Source of the DNA: Eledone cirrhosa
Lineage: Eukaryota
Assembly: GCA_964016885.1 (NCBI GenBank)
Contig: OZ024758.1
Location: 17,608,001 to 17,672,000 of the forward strand
Reading direction: 5' to 3'
Length of the DNA stretch: 64,000 nucleotides
The translations under genes were made by a program, and so were the position numbers. Numbering within the stretch: position 1 is the stretch's first letter; the number at the start of each line of letters is the position of its first letter. This document shows positions 12,081 through 26,021 of this stretch, piece after piece. The notes below the pieces were generated by a model that saw only the letters and a list, made by a program, of their open reading frames with translations, was not told the origin of the DNA and ran no database searches.

Positions 12081-12729
12081 TCTTCATTTTAAATCAGTTA
12101 TTCCAATGTGGCATGGTGGAGTTGGGGGTTTGAGAGCAGGTTGTCACAGTCCAAGCTAAGACTGGTCATGTAGCCATATCTTTCTCATTGGTTCTATGAT
12201 TCGCAATGCTTTCTATTGCTGGATAATCCTCTTAGTGTCATACACTTTATTTAGTGCACTGGGTGCATTTAATCATGGTATTGGCTCTAGAGAAGCTGTC
12301 ACCTGCTCAGAAAGACTAAAGATACCCCTATTTTATCTCAATTCAATCAACAACAACTTTACAGAGTCTACAGGGGGCATTTTATTGAGGCACCAGTATT
12401 AAAGAGGTTATCAAGTCCTTGGTAAGACCAATACATTGCCTTGATTTCTTTGTCAACTGATTTACAAGGGTATTGAGTGCATTCCATCATGATACCTACT
12501 CTGACACCTACTTGACTGTTGTAGTGGAAATGTAATCAGAGGGCTTCCAAGATTCTTTTAGTGTCATGAAATAGCTGAGAGAGAAATTCTATCTTTTACA
12601 GGACACTGATCTGTTGCAGGTAATATGATGATCTGATATCTACTTCTTGGCAGCTAGGGATACAAAGATAATGAATCATAATATCTGTGTTCTTCACCAG
12701 AGCACAATAAAATGCCTGCTAGAGATTTG

Positions 12730-13100
12730 AAGTCACACCACAAAAACATCCTATCACAAAAGCACACAGCCCACACTGTAAAGTGGTCGTATAGGAGACA
12801 CAACAAAAAGCTCTGAGCCTATACTGTAAAGTGGTCGAGTAGGAAACACGACAAAAAGCAACAAGCCCACATGGTAAATTGGTCATGTAGGAGTCATGAC
12901 AAAATGCACCCAGCCTACATTGTAAATTGATTGTGTAGGAAACACGGCAAAAAGCACCCAGCACACACTGTAAATGTGGTTAGTATTAGGAATGTCATCC
13001 AGCCATAGAAATCTAGCTAGAAACAGTCCTATATGAGCAAGACATGTTCACCTGAGCCAACTTGCCTCTAATGGAACAAACCCCATCTAACCCATGCTAA
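12730..13100 (+). mobile_element. SINE family B fragment with expanded internal ~46-bp repeat
   Basis: Repeated cactgtaaagtggtcgtatagg..caaaaagcaccc units, then aggaatgtcatccagccatagaaa and tctaacccatgcta tail. Confidence 0.65.
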
Positions 13101-14454
13101 AAGATAATGATCTAGAAATTGATAATTGTATCACTAATCTGCTTAAACATATCTTTACTTTATGTTGTAATGCTAAAACAGAGGGAAATATTCCAATAGA
13201 CAAAATATCTGGAAGGTAATTTAGTTTTGACAAAATAGCAGATGCCGTTTTCAAAGATATGATTTAGTATATCTATGTATAAATCCATGAGTGTATATAC
13301 CCTGTATATAAATATAGGTGTGTGTATTTGTGTTTGTGTTTGTGAGTGTGTATGTGACTGTGTATTGCACATATTAAATATTCATACAAGAGATACATTA
13401 GATATGTTATTGCCTGCAGTGTTCAGGGTTGTGTTTTACTGGATTACACCACCTGGATAATGAATGATGAATGTAAAATCTACCATTAATGTTTCTTGAA
13501 GCTGTTATCAGTGAAAACATATAATATGAATGGTTTGTCAGGAGACGTTTTGATAGATGTTTTTCTAGATACAATCTCTAAAGTTTGGGATTTTTCATAA
13601 TTTTCATAAACAGAAATAGTTGAGGTGAAATACATTATAGAATAGAATGTTCTATGTAGATCGGGTTAAACCTTTAGCATTTAAACCAGCCATATTCAAC
13701 TAGAATTCTCTGACCTCTTTCTGTTCAAACTGGCCAAAACTGACCACTTATACTTATGTTAAGATATTGTTCTCAAAATAAATAACACCAAAATCTTTAA
13801 ACCCTTTAGCATTTAAAATTATAGCAAATAAACAAAAACAGAGGATGTAACAAAAATAGTAGTGATGGTAGTAGTTGTAGTAATAATAGAAATAATATTA
13901 ATAATAGTAGTAGTAGTAATGATAATAGAAATAATATTAATAATAGTAGTAGTAGTAGTAGTAATGATAATAGCAATAATATTAATAATAGTAGTAGTAG
14001 TGATGATAATAATCATAATACTAAAGCAATAACTAATAATTATTACGAATATTAATAATATGTGAAATTACAGGAAGGTCAATACAAACATAAAAAAAAA
14101 GAAAAAGAAAAAGAAAAAAATTGAGTCCCAAAAGAATCTTTTCACATGTTGACAAGTTAAACTAAAAACTTGTGTAATTTCATATATTGACAAGCTACCA
14201 AAAACGAGAAAAACTAAAACAGACAAAAAAATTGCTCAATTTTATATAAAATTATTCGTTCTTTAAATATTTTTATTATTTTTATGTATCAATGAATGTG
14301 TAGGTGTGTTCTATGTGTTTATTTATTGATTGAAATTGTTAGTTTTGTTGGTTGTATCTCCCTTGGTGAGATACTGAAATTTCGAGGAAAATCATTGGTT
14401 ACATCAATCAACAATAAGAAATCCCTTATGACATTGAGCAAAATTTTTTAAATT

Positions 14455-15210
14455 TATATCTGTTTGGTCTGGGAGGTAATAAGCAATGCCTCTTATGGAG
14501 ACTCTTAAGACTGGAGAGATGCGATCCATATCGTTTATATTCTGTTTAATCCTTTAGCTTTAAAAATTTGCTGTATCCAGCCAGAATTCTCTCACATATT
14601 TCTGTTCAAACCAGCCGTAACTGATCACTCATACTTATGTTAAGGTATTCTCAAAATATATAATATCAAAATTTCAGATTCGATATTATGTAAGATAAAG
14701 CCTTTACAACAAAATTACAATAGCAAATATAGAGTAATGTAAATGCTAAAGGGTTAAGGAAATTTAAAATTTTTTTATATCTGTTAGGCCTGGGAAATAA
14801 TAGGCAATGCCCATGACTTTTGTGGACACTCCTAAGACTGGAGAGATGGGATCAATACCGTTTATATTCTGTTTAACCCTTTAGCATTTAAACTGGCTGT
14901 ATCCGGCCAGAATTCTCTCACATCTTTCTATTCAAACCAGCCATAACTGGTCACTCATACTGACATTAAGGTATTGTTCTTAAAATCAATAACATCAAAA
15001 TTTGTAGATTCGATATGGGAGATAAAACTTTTACCACAAAATTACAATAGCAAATATAGAGTAATGTAAATACTAAAGGGTTAAGGAAAATTTTTAAAAA
15101 TTATATCTGTTAGGTCTGGGAAATAATAGGCAATGCCCATGACTCTTATGGACCCTCCCAAGACTGAAGTAATGAGATCAATACCGTTTAAGTTCTGTTT
15201 AACTCTTTAG
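14455..15210. repeat. ~325-bp tandem duplication (2.3 copies), each full unit containing a piggyBac-type MITE
   Basis: tatatctgtt(t/a)ggtctggga..aagactgga recurs at ~14456, 14777 and 15103; clean MITE TTAA|CCCTTTAGCATTTA...TACTAAAGGG|TTAA at 14877-15080. Confidence 0.85.
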
Positions 15211-15216
15211 CTTAAC

Positions 15217-15630
15217 TTCATCATCATCACTGTTTGACGTCCATTCTTCCATGCTAGCATGGGTTAGACAGGATGTCCTGTTGTGAGAAATGCCAGGTCA
15301 GGTGACCATGTCTTGCTCATACAGAACTGATTTTGACTTCGTTTCTACAGCTGGATGCCCTTCCTAACACCACCTCATTTATAGTGAGTAACTAAGTGCT
15401 TTTTTCTTCATGACACCTACACGACCACTTTACAGTGTGGACTGGGTGCTTTTTTATCGTAACACCTACATGACTACTCCACAGTGTGGACTGGGTGATT
15501 TTTTTGTTGTGACACCTACATAACCACTTTACAGTGGGAGAGAGTGGGGGCATACTGTCTATATGCTTTGGTTTGTACCCATGGGAAATCAGGTCTTCTG
15601 TATTACTCTGTAATGCCAGAGGTCTCTGTC
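15217..15630 (-). mobile_element. SINE family B variant (RTE-type tail)
   Basis: catcatcatc..gacgtccattcttccatgctagcatgggttagac, ttctacagctggatgcccttcctaacacc; homologous to 62770-63160. Confidence 0.75.
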
Positions 15631-16582
15631 CTGTGTTATTGCCTTTGAGATATGCAATTGGACAAGATCAGCTTTTATCTTCTCTACTTGAATTTGCTTT
15701 GTTAATATATCCTTATATTTTCTTATATTTAACTCAGTAATTTTAATTGTTTCTACTTTTGGCACAAGACCAGCAATTACCCAGTACATTACTGGTACTT
15801 TATTTTATCGACCCCGTAAGGATGAAAGGCAAAGTTAACCTTGGCGGCGCGATTTGAACTCAGAATGGCTCAGTAATTTTAATATACACAAGTTTCCACC
15901 TCACTACAACATATACCCAGCCACCACATACATATACATTTCTTCTCACTATTTTTTCTGGATGATTTTCTTGTAAGAATGTATGTATATATATATATTT
16001 TTATGATTATTCTTTTATACACACATACATTTTTAATATATTTTGCTTATAATTTAACCACATGCATACTTTATTTAATAATTTTAATAACATGATATTT
16101 TTTTGGCATATAAGCTTAAGTTTTCTGTATGAATTTATTTATATTCACTGTGACAAAAGGGAATCAAAAACAAAATAATCATTTTCAAAATGAAATATAA
16201 TACGAAAGAAGCAAGCAAGAGTTTTTAAACTATTTTCCCTGTTAAAGAAGGGGTTAGCTTTACAAACTCCCTAATAAACTTCTTATTTCATCATTGGGTC
16301 TTTTCTGAGGCAATGTTATATGGGACACACTTCCTGATACTAATACATGCAGACATATAGTGTACCTATTCTAAAATACTTCTCTCTCTATATATATATA
16401 TATATTTCAGTTGGTTTAACCATTTCATGACTACATTTCTAATGAAATAGACTCTATTTTAATTAATTAATGAAGAATTTGGAGGGATTTACTAAAATTA
16501 TCATTTCATTACTAAGATAGTAACTTAATGTAAGATTCTTAGATAAAATTGTTAGATTTTAATTTAAATTGGAAACCTTTAA

Positions 16583-17001
16583 CCCTTTAGCATTTACATT
16601 ACTCTATATTTACTATTATATTTTCATGATAAAAGCTTTACCTCACGCAATTATCTCACATCATATCAAATCTGCGATTTTGATATTATTTATGGTGAGA
16701 ACATCGAGCGGTGAATTGGCAGAATCGGTAGAGTGTCAGACACCATGCATTGTAGCACAGAGTTATGGCCCTTTACGTTCTGAGTTCAAATCCCGCTGAG
16801 GTTAACTTTGCCTTTCATCCTTACAGGGTTGATAAAATAAAGTACCAGTAATACACTTGGATAATTGCTGGTCTTGTGCCAAATGTAGAAACATTTGTTT
16901 ATGGTGAGAACAATACCTTAACATCAGTATGAGTGGCCAGTTGCAGCTGGTTTGAACAAAAAGAGATGAGAGAATTCTCGCCAGATACAGCCTGTTTAAA
17001 T
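16583..17001 (-). mobile_element. piggyBac-type MITE interrupted by a family A SINE (16704-16897) with 15-bp TSD
   Basis: TTAA|CCCTTTAGCATTTAC start; TSD tttatggtgagaaca at 16689-16703 and 16898-16912. Confidence 0.85.
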
Positions 17002-17694
17002 GGTGGACTTTATTTCATAGAACTAGAGCTGGTTATGGTCAGTTCCACTGCCTTTTTCTCATGATACAAAGCTTGTTTTAAATCTCTTTACTCTGGTAAC
17101 TGTAGATTTTTAATTACTAATCATCCAAGTTTACCTGTCAAGTAAGCATTGTATATCTTCCACTGACATCTTTCAAATTATATTTAAAGATTTTAAAACA
17201 TACAGCTTGATAGATTTCGAAAGGATTTTCAGATTTTCTATGGATCAATCAAATTTTCTTGTTTGATCAATCAAATTAATTTAGTTTGACTTTGTGAATA
17301 AAACGAGATGATGAAGAGAAATATAATAAACTGAAGATTTAACTAAAATGCTATAAACATTTTAAATACAAAAAAATCCCAGAAAATTACATATATATAT
17401 ATATATATCTTTTTTTTTTTTTTTCAAATACATAAATCTTTAATATTTACACATGGAAAAGAATGCTGAAGAAATGAATTGGTTACCGATTTACAGTGAA
17501 TGAGAGATTTATATTTTTTTGCTAAGAAGAAGAAAACATTTCTAAATATTGAACATGAGATTTTTCTTTTTTTGGTTATTTCCAAATCAATTGAAAAACA
17601 TTGCTTTCAATTGAAAGAAAACCTTCAAATTTAATGGGTATATTTCTGATTTTGTTTATTGGAGAAATATCACTTCTCACTTTTTATTTTACAT

Positions 17695-18275
17695 CTGCAC
17701 ACATACACAACACACTCACATACACACACACACAACTCATGCACATTCATGCACACACACACTTGCACATAAACACTTGCACACAAACACTTGCACATAA
17801 ACACACTGGTGAAATATTTCTCACTTTTTTTACATCGGCTCCCCACACACCCTTATATACTCATACGCACGCACACACACTCACATACTCACTCACACAT
17901 ATACACACACACGTGCACATACACACAGCTACACTCTGGTGAAGTCACTTATCACTTTTTAGGCATCTATGCACCCACACTTACACACACACACACACTC
18001 ACACACACACACACACTTGCACACACACATACTTACACACACACATGCATACACACACACATACTTACACACACACACAAACTTACACACACACATACTT
18101 ACACACACATTCATTCACACACACACATACTTATACACACAGTTACACACACACAGACATATCCTTACACACATACACACACATATATATATATTTATAT
18201 ACTTACACACACACATACATATACTTACACACACAGATACTGAAACACACATATATACAAACACACACACACACA
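17695..18275. repeat. (CA)n-rich microsatellite region
   Basis: Direct inspection. Confidence 0.9.
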
Positions 18276-18289
18276 TATTTATAGTAATA

Positions 18290-19020
18290 TTAATAATTGT
18301 TTCTACTTTTGGCACAAGGCCAGCAATTACCCAGTACATTACTGGTACTTTATTTTATCGACCCCGTAAGGATGAAAGGCAAAGTTAACCTCAGCACGAT
18401 TTGAACTCAGAATGGCAAGGGCCGTAACTCTATGCGTCAAAGCATGGCGCCCGACCCTCTACCGATACTGCCAATCCTAATAATTGTCTCTACTTTAGGC
18501 ACAAGGCCAGCAATTACCCAGTGCATTACTGGTACTTTATTTTATCGACCCCGTAAGGATGAAAGACAAAGTTAGCAGTGGCTGGATTTGAATTCAGAAC
18601 GTAAATGGCCATAACTCTATGCTGCAAAGCATGGTGTCTGACACTCTACCTCTACTTCCAATCAATCAACCTTTTTGGAAATAATTGTTTCTACTTTTTG
18701 GCACAAGACCAGCAATTACCCATTGCATTACTGGTACTTTATTTAATCGACTCCGTAAGGGTGAAAGGCAAAGTCAACCTCGGCGCGATTTGAACTCAGA
18801 ATGGCAAGGGCCGTAACTCTATGCATCAAAGCATGGGGGCTGACCCTCTAACGATACTGCCAATCCACCAATAATTGTCAGTACTTTAGGCACAAGGCCA
18901 GCAATTACCCAGTGCATTACTGGTACTTTATTTTATCGACTCCGTAAGGGTGAAAAGCAAAGTCAACCTCGGCGGGATTTGAACACAGATCGTAAAGGGA
19001 CGTAACTATGCTGGAAAGCA
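18290..19020 (-). mobile_element. Cluster of four head-to-tail family A SINEs
   Basis: Four repeats of aattgt..tactttt.ggcacaaggccagcaattacccagt..gatttgaac(t/a)caga. Confidence 0.9.
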
Positions 19021-19303
19021 TATAAATATAAGTTAGGTAATAAATCAAAAAATTTCCCACCAAAACATCCATGTGTCAGTCATGGCTAAAAAGAAACTAG
19101 TTTAATTTTTACATATTTCTCTCTTTTCCCCTCAACTTTTCTCATTGATATTCTTATTAAATGAGCTGAAACAAAAATCTATTTATTTGTAAAGCAGAAT
19201 CTGAAAGCATTCAATTTTTCATTGAAAAGATTACATATATTAGATCCAATGGCAAGACTATATTATCCTAAAATATGTTTAAATATAAATTAAAAAATCA
19301 TCA

Positions 19304-19304
<1 letters not shown>

Positions 19305-19339
<35 letters not shown>

Positions 19340-20030
19340 GTATGTATATATGTGTATATATGTGCATATGTATATATGTGTATATATGTATATATGTGCA
19401 TATGTATATGTGTGTATATATGTATATATGTGTATATGTGTATATATGTATATATGTGTATATATGTGCATATGTATATATGTGTATATATGTATATATG
19501 TGTATATATGTGCATATGTATATATATGTATATATGTGCATATGTATATATGTGTATATGTGTATATATGTATATATGTGTATATATGTGCATATGTATA
19601 TATGTGTATATATGTGCATATGTATATATGTGTGTATATGTGCATATGTATATATGTGTATATGTATATATGTGTATATATGTGCATATGTATATATGTG
19701 TATATATGTATATATGTGTATATATGTGCATATGTATATATGTGTATATATGTGCATATGTATATATGTGCATATGTATATATGTGTAAATATGTGCATA
19801 TGTATATATATGCATATGTATATATGTGTATATATATGTGTATATATGTGCATATGTATATATGTGTATATATGTGCATATGTATATATGTGTATATATG
19901 TGCATATATATGTGTGTATATATGTGCATATATATATGTGTATATATGTGCATATATATGTGTATATATATATATGCATATATGTATGTGCAAGTATATA
20001 TGGGCTTATATATATATATATATATATATG
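19305..20030. repeat. TA/TG-rich compound microsatellite
   Basis: tatatgtgcatatgtata-like units; source of spurious Y/I/C/M ORFs. Confidence 0.95.
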
Positions 20031-20365
20031 CATATAACCAGGCATGCACATACATATATACAGAATTTTTTCAGTCATGCACACACATACATGTGTGCAC
20101 ACACACACACACACACACCTCTTTTCTCTGTTTATTTCACACACAGCATACACATACATGCATAAAACCAGGTACACATACACACACACACACCCTCATA
20201 CATACATATACAGACAGTTACATATGTGTTAAAGCTGAATGTTTCATATTTCATCTAAAGTAAGTATTTGTTAAATGGTGAAGTCACATAGCTTACTGGT
20301 TAGGGCGATAGGTTTGGTGTTTTTAAGCTCATGAGTTTGATATCTGTATTACTACTATTATTAAT

Positions 20366-20558
20366 GGGCGGTGGATTGGCAGTATCGGTAGAGGGTCGGA
20401 CGCCATGCTTTGCAGCAAAGAGTTACGGCCCTTTATGATCTGAGTTCAAATCCCGCCGAGGTTAACTTTGCCTTTCATCCTTACGGGGTCGATAAAATAA
20501 AGTACCAGTAATACACTGGGTAATTGCTGGCCTTGTGCCAAAAGTAGAAACAATTATT
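20366..20558 (+). mobile_element. Full-length family A tRNA-SINE
   Basis: A box tggcagtatcgg, B box gagttcaaatccc, conserved core, aattatta tail. Confidence 0.9.
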
Positions 20559-20641
20559 ACTGCAGTTCAAACTGGCTGTAACCGGCTGACCATACAGATG
20601 TTAAAACCCTTTAGCATTTACATTACTCTATATATATACTA

Positions 20642-21711
20642 CTAGCAGAGGTACCCGGCGTTGATTGGGTATTAAATAGCAGTTGTGTATACCATTTATG
20701 TTAATACTTCAGTGCTGCTTCGAAAACTATACTTTTACAAAATTATCGGCTTTTTCCAAAAGGGGGTTCCTGCCCCCAGGGGTCCCCTATTCAATATGTG
20801 CCAATTCTGAGAGTTCACATTGATCTGTAGGACAAACGTAACCCATGTGTCAAGTTTGGTGAAAATCGGTTGCGAACTCCAGAAGTTATGACGTTTTGTT
20901 GCATTGCATTGCAGTGCTTCAGTCGACTCCAAGAAAGTGGTTAAAGGCGGTTATCTGCCGGGAGGTCCTATAATCAATATCTGGAAAAATGAAAGTGCCC
21001 ATGACCATCCGGACTACATAAGTAACCTATGTCTTAAGTTTGGTGAAAATACTGTAGAAATGCATAAGGTTTATACATACGCGTGCGTGCGTGTGTGTGT
21101 GTGTGTGTGTTTGTGGGTCTGTATGTATTTGTGTGTGCGTATGTATGTGTATGTCGGTCGGGGCATACGTATGTACTGGCTTAAATCTTCACTATTTACT
21201 TTTACTATTTTAATAACCTCTGTCATTTTCGTTTTCAATTTTATTTACATCATTCTTAAACTCCGGGGCTGGAAATGATTCTGTTATTTTAAATAGAATA
21301 TTAGTCTAACGATTCCATTTATACCATAAACTTGGTCTTGTCTTTGCATGAAATTGTTCTTCTCGCTCCACATAACGACGTATTATCCTCGCCTTTTTCC
21401 CGTTCATTGCCATGGAACGTCTTCACGAACCAAAATATCGTCTTTCTGTTTTCGTTCGGCAACGTTTCTCGAAATATTTACTTTTGCATTCACAGATTAC
21501 TCTCAGTTCAATTTAAATGGGAAATTCCTGTTTCATCTTTTTTCTCCGTAACCATGGAAGCTTGTAGCTTGAAAGTCGACCCAACGCCTCCTCGGGTCAT
21601 TCTGCATAACTGTGTAAATTTTCGCTGCATTCTACCAAGCCATTTCGACGTTTATCCGACTACACCTACTTAAATATACAACGTCTGACCACTTCCAATT
21701 CATATAGTAGA
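20642..21711 (-). mobile_element. Non-autonomous Helitron inserted in a piggyBac-type MITE (20607-20641 plus 21712-21908)
   Basis: Minus strand reads A|TCTACTATATG...TACCC-aatcaacgcc-GGGTA-cctctg-CTAG|T; the empty site tatatacta/ttgtatt equals the MITE consensus; no TSD. Confidence 0.9.
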
Positions 21712-22464
21712 TTGTATTCTCATGGTAAAGGCTTTACCTTACATAATATCTCACATAATATTGAATCTATGAGATTTTGATATTATTTATTTTGAGAACA
21801 ATACCCTAACATAAGTATGAGGGGCCAGTTACAGCTGGTTATGACTGGTTTGAACAGAAAGAAGTGAGAGAATTCTGGCCGGATACAATCGGTTTAAATG
21901 CTAAAGGGTTAAGGTACTGTTCACAAAATTATATCAACATCTCATATTCGATATTATGTGAGATAATTATGTGAAGTAAAGCCTTTACTGTGAAAATATA
22001 ATGAAAAATATAATGGTAAGTTAAATGCTAAAGGGTAATGTGATTTCAGAGAGATTTGGCTGCTATTTATAGCAGGTTGAGCAACAACCTTATTTTTACT
22101 GAGATGAAAACTCAACATCTATTAGAACATACAAAAAATAAATTTATCATATGTATTTCCAGTATACTATGGAAGTAGATGCTGCCAATATTGAGTCACA
22201 TCTGCTGTTAGCCAATGGCTGAAATTTAGAATTGCTTCTAGATAGTTCTATTTGAAGCTAGAACAGATGGTGCCATCATTAATTCTGATACATGTATGTT
22301 AAGGCAATTGTTGCAGTCACTTTGTATAAACTTCATATCAGAAATATTGATACTAAACCAAGTCAAACAAGGTACCCTCTACTTGGCTGTTTACTGAACC
22401 AGCTACAGCTAGAAATAGCAGACAGATCTCTTTGGAATTACAACCTTGTCATCTTATATAATCA

Positions 22465-22855
22465 TGTTTCTACTTTTTGCACAAGGCCAGCAATTAGCCC
22501 CAGTGCATTACTGGTGCTTTATTTTATTGACTCTGTAAGGATGAAAGGCAAAGTTAACCTCAGCAGGATTTGAACTCAGAACGTAAAGGGCCGTAACTCT
22601 ATGCTGCAAAGCATGGTGGCTGATGCTCTACTGATACTGCCAAATAATCATTTCTTGTATAGACACAAGGTCAGTAATTTGGGCAGGGGGGAAAGTTGAT
22701 TAAATTGACTCCAGTGCATGACTGGTACTTTATTTTATCGACCCCGTAAGGATGAAATGCAAAGTTTACCTCGGCGGGATTTGAACTCAGAACGTAAAAG
22801 GCCGTAACTCTATGCTGCAAAGCATGGTATCTGACGCTCTACTAGTACTGCCAAA
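22465..22855 (-). mobile_element. Two family A SINEs in tandem
   Basis: Two core and B-box matches. Confidence 0.85.
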
Positions 22856-23196
22856 TAATGAAAATTATTGTGTACAGTGCTCAGGTGCATTACAGGCACA
22901 TGACATCCAGTCTAGGAATCAAACTCACCTTAATCATGAGCTCAATCATAATCAAGTGCTCAACACCCTAACCACTAAGCCATAGTTATTGTAAGAGGTG
23001 ACTAAAAGCAATTTCCTTAAAATGTGTCTTATATGTATTGTTATATTTGAAGAGGGTCATATTGTTATAATATTGCCAGACATATATAATAAAACACACT
23101 CACTGTTTGGTTTGGATTGGTTTTCGCTTCTGTATATTTTATGTCTCTGCAGTTAATTTAGCTGGCAATCAAAGTTTATCATTGATTGACCAATGG

Positions 23197-23224
<28 letters not shown>

Positions 23225-23232
<8 letters not shown>

Positions 23233-23506
23233 AGATCAAAAGATGGTTAAAGGAGTTCCATATATTTTATTATGCGCATTTCAAAAACAAACATCATCAA
23301 GCAATAATATTTGTGTTTTCATCTGATGAAAACACAAATATTATTGCTTGATGATGTTTGTTTTTGAAATGCGCATAATAAAATATATGGAACTCCTTTA
23401 ACCATCTTTTGATCTTATATTATGCATACTCCAGTCCCACAAACTGTAGAGTGCTTCTTATCCGATATCTGCATTGCTTTATTGTACTACAATAAAACTC
23501 ACCTCC

Positions 23507-23510
<4 letters not shown>
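23225..23510 (+). mobile_element. Penelope-like pLTR remnant: perfect 99-bp-arm palindrome plus 3' tail, inside (TA)n
   Basis: Arms 23225-23323 and 23325-23423; hammerhead core on the right arm; tactc...gagtgc in the tail; (TA)n on both sides. Confidence 0.8.
23321..23383 (+). ncRNA. Minimal hammerhead ribozyme (stem I 5' strand truncated by the inversion)
   Basis: CTGATGA (23323-29), 16-position stem II aaacacaaatattatt-gctt-gatgatgtttgttttt with GU pairs and one mismatch, GAAA (23366-69), t-GCGC-a, TA. Confidence 0.8.
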
Positions 23511-23578
<68 letters not shown>

Positions 23579-23768
23579 ATTAAAGTTCTTTCATCACACA
23601 CCGTGACATGATCAGTGGTATTAGTATGTTTCCTCCTGTTGTATTGTAGTGCCTATTCCATTTATCTTATATGCTGTAATGTATCTAAAACCACACCAAA
23701 CTGAAGGGAGAATATTGCATCATGGGAAAAAGAGTAGAAGAAAGTGCTGATGATGTGAATTTGTTTAA

Positions 23769-24163
23769 CCCTTTAACATTTAAACCAGCCATATCCAGCC
23801 AGAATTCTCTCACCTCTTTATGTTCAAACAGGCCATAAGTGGCTGCTCATACTAATGTTAAGGTATTGTTCTCTAAATAAATAAATAATTGTTTCTACTT
23901 TTGGCACAAGGCCATCAATTACCCAGTGCATTACTGGTACTTTATTTTATCGACCCCGTAAGGATGAAAGGCAAAATTAACCTCGGTGGGATTTGAACTC
24001 AGACCGCAAAGGGACGTAACTATGCTGGAAAGCATGGCGTCCGACCCTCTACCGATACTGCCAAGCCACCAAAATAATATCAAAATCTCAGATTCGATAT
24101 TGTCAGATAGTCTTTACCACAAAAATGTATTAGTATATAAAGAGTAATGTAAATGCTAAAGGG
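23769..24163 (+). mobile_element. piggyBac-type MITE interrupted by a minus-strand family A SINE (~23885-24070)
   Basis: TTAA|CCCTTTAACATTTA ... TAAATGCTAAAGGG|TTAC. Confidence 0.85.
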
Positions 24164-24244
24164 TTACGATGGACCTTTACTTGCCAGGAAGTGACCTTAG
24201 CACACTTGATTTCATAACCTTCCTCTGAAGCAAATATGGAAGGA

Positions 24245-24470
24245 GACATGCAGGAAAGAATCTCTGGACAAATTTTACGGACAAAACCAATTGGCAAGAT
24301 ATCCAGGGATAGATCCTGAGCAAGATGGTTGGATAACATCTATGAGCTTGGCTGGTCATGCTTGGGGGTCCAGCTGGAACAGTTGAAGATGTTTGCTTTT
24401 GACAGGACCCACTGGAGGGAGTGTTTGAAGACTTTGCCCAATGATCCTCTCAGAAATAAGTAGGTAAAGA
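24245..24470 (+). mobile_element. RTE (Expander/Rex3-like) LINE 3' fragment
   Basis: Homologous to 42195-42420. Confidence 0.75.
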
Positions 24471-26021
24471 AAACATGCCGGATCTAGTCAGGATACCACA
24501 ACAGGCTGCCACTGACTTGGTAATAGTTCCAAGTGGCCACAAGGAATGACCATTAAAGAGTGTGACCCATACCCTGCATAATGCAGTCCTATAATATTCT
24601 AGTTTTATAGGTCTACTCAAAGCATGCCTTGTTCAGTGCTGGGGAAGTTCCATTCAAAATCATGATGTTAACTCAAAAAGAATATTATTGTGCGTTATTT
24701 TGTTGAAAAGAAATTGCCTATTAACCCATTTGATATCAAACTACATGAAACTGTTCTTTGCTATAACACAAAACTGTTTTAAAATATTTATATCTATCTG
24801 AAAAATCTTCCATCATAATTCTGCATAGAAAACTTATTCCCGAAACACAACCTTAACACCAGAAAGTCAGTTCTATCATGCAATCTCTTTATATTGATTT
24901 TCTTGTTTAAATTATTGAAATATTATAGACAGTGTGCTGCAATAAAAATATGGTAAAAAGAGTTAAACAATCAGAACCTGTAAGATATTTTGAAAAATAT
25001 TTCATTTTTTAAAAACTATAAGTAAAATATATATAAAATCTAAAATAGAATAGCCATTATATTTGGTGGCAGAGGTGTATTATTGAAAATCTTAAAATTT
25101 TGTATAATACAATTCCCAAACATTTCTTTCTCAGAGATGCAACGGTCTGGAACTCTTACCTGCTTATAATTGCTTTTCAGCAGATTCTACAACTGGAAAA
25201 CAATAGCTTTAAATTGTCAATTCATATTGCTGTTAACATAAATATTCCTTCAGGGTTTTTATCATCTGGAATAATAATCATATTGTCATATTTCCTTCTC
25301 AGTTAATTATTTTTTTAGAACTATAGCTGTCCAAGAAGACATAATGCCAAAATGCTGATTAAAGTGTCATTCATTCATATCCCATTGGTGTCACTAAATT
25401 GTGTCTATTGTCAAGATAAATAATTTTCAAATTGTCCAGTTCAGCAAGTTATATGTAGCTACCAAGCTTAGGCATAATTTAACACCATATGCAAAAATTC
25501 TTTTTTATTAGCTTGCAGTGCTGAGCTCAAAACTCTCTAGAGGTTTGATTATTGATGGAAAAGCTCTACCAGGTTGATTTCTTTCTTCATTTCTTCAAGA
25601 AATTGGAGGAGTGTCAGCATATAAACCGTCCACAACTGGCAAGGTTGATGCCGTTGATGTGTCTTTAAGAAAAAAATATCAGCTATCCTCCAGCTGTTGT
25701 GTTTTCTACTATCTCTACTGTGATGTTCAGCACCTTGAAATTAGCATCCTCAACCTCTGCCCAAGCTTTTCTTAGCCTTCCTATTCTCCTTGGAGCATTT
25801 ACCTATTCGTCACCCAGCCATCATCCTCTATAGGCATCCTATGTCCATCCTAGTGCAATCTTTCTCGAACAAGGCACTTGATTCCTTTTATGATTTGCTT
25901 TTCTTTTAAATCATCTGCGCTTTGTCATTCATGCAGACTAATGTGACACACTTGCTGGGGGATGTTAGCCTCATTTCTTTTTAGCTTCTGTACATCCTCT
26001 GCATTCATTACCCCTCTCTTA

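Noticed and set aside
17125-17175. Possible minus-strand mini-exon MSVEDIQCLLD followed by a GT donor
   Set aside because: Weak acceptor, no partner exons or recognisable homology; needs RNA-seq
19275-20263. Long YI/CV/HT-rich ORFs here and at 32.7-34.9, 36.3-37.1, 55.4-56.5, 58.2-59.3 and 61.1-61.6 kb
   Set aside because: Translations of dinucleotide microsatellites, open in most frames on both strands
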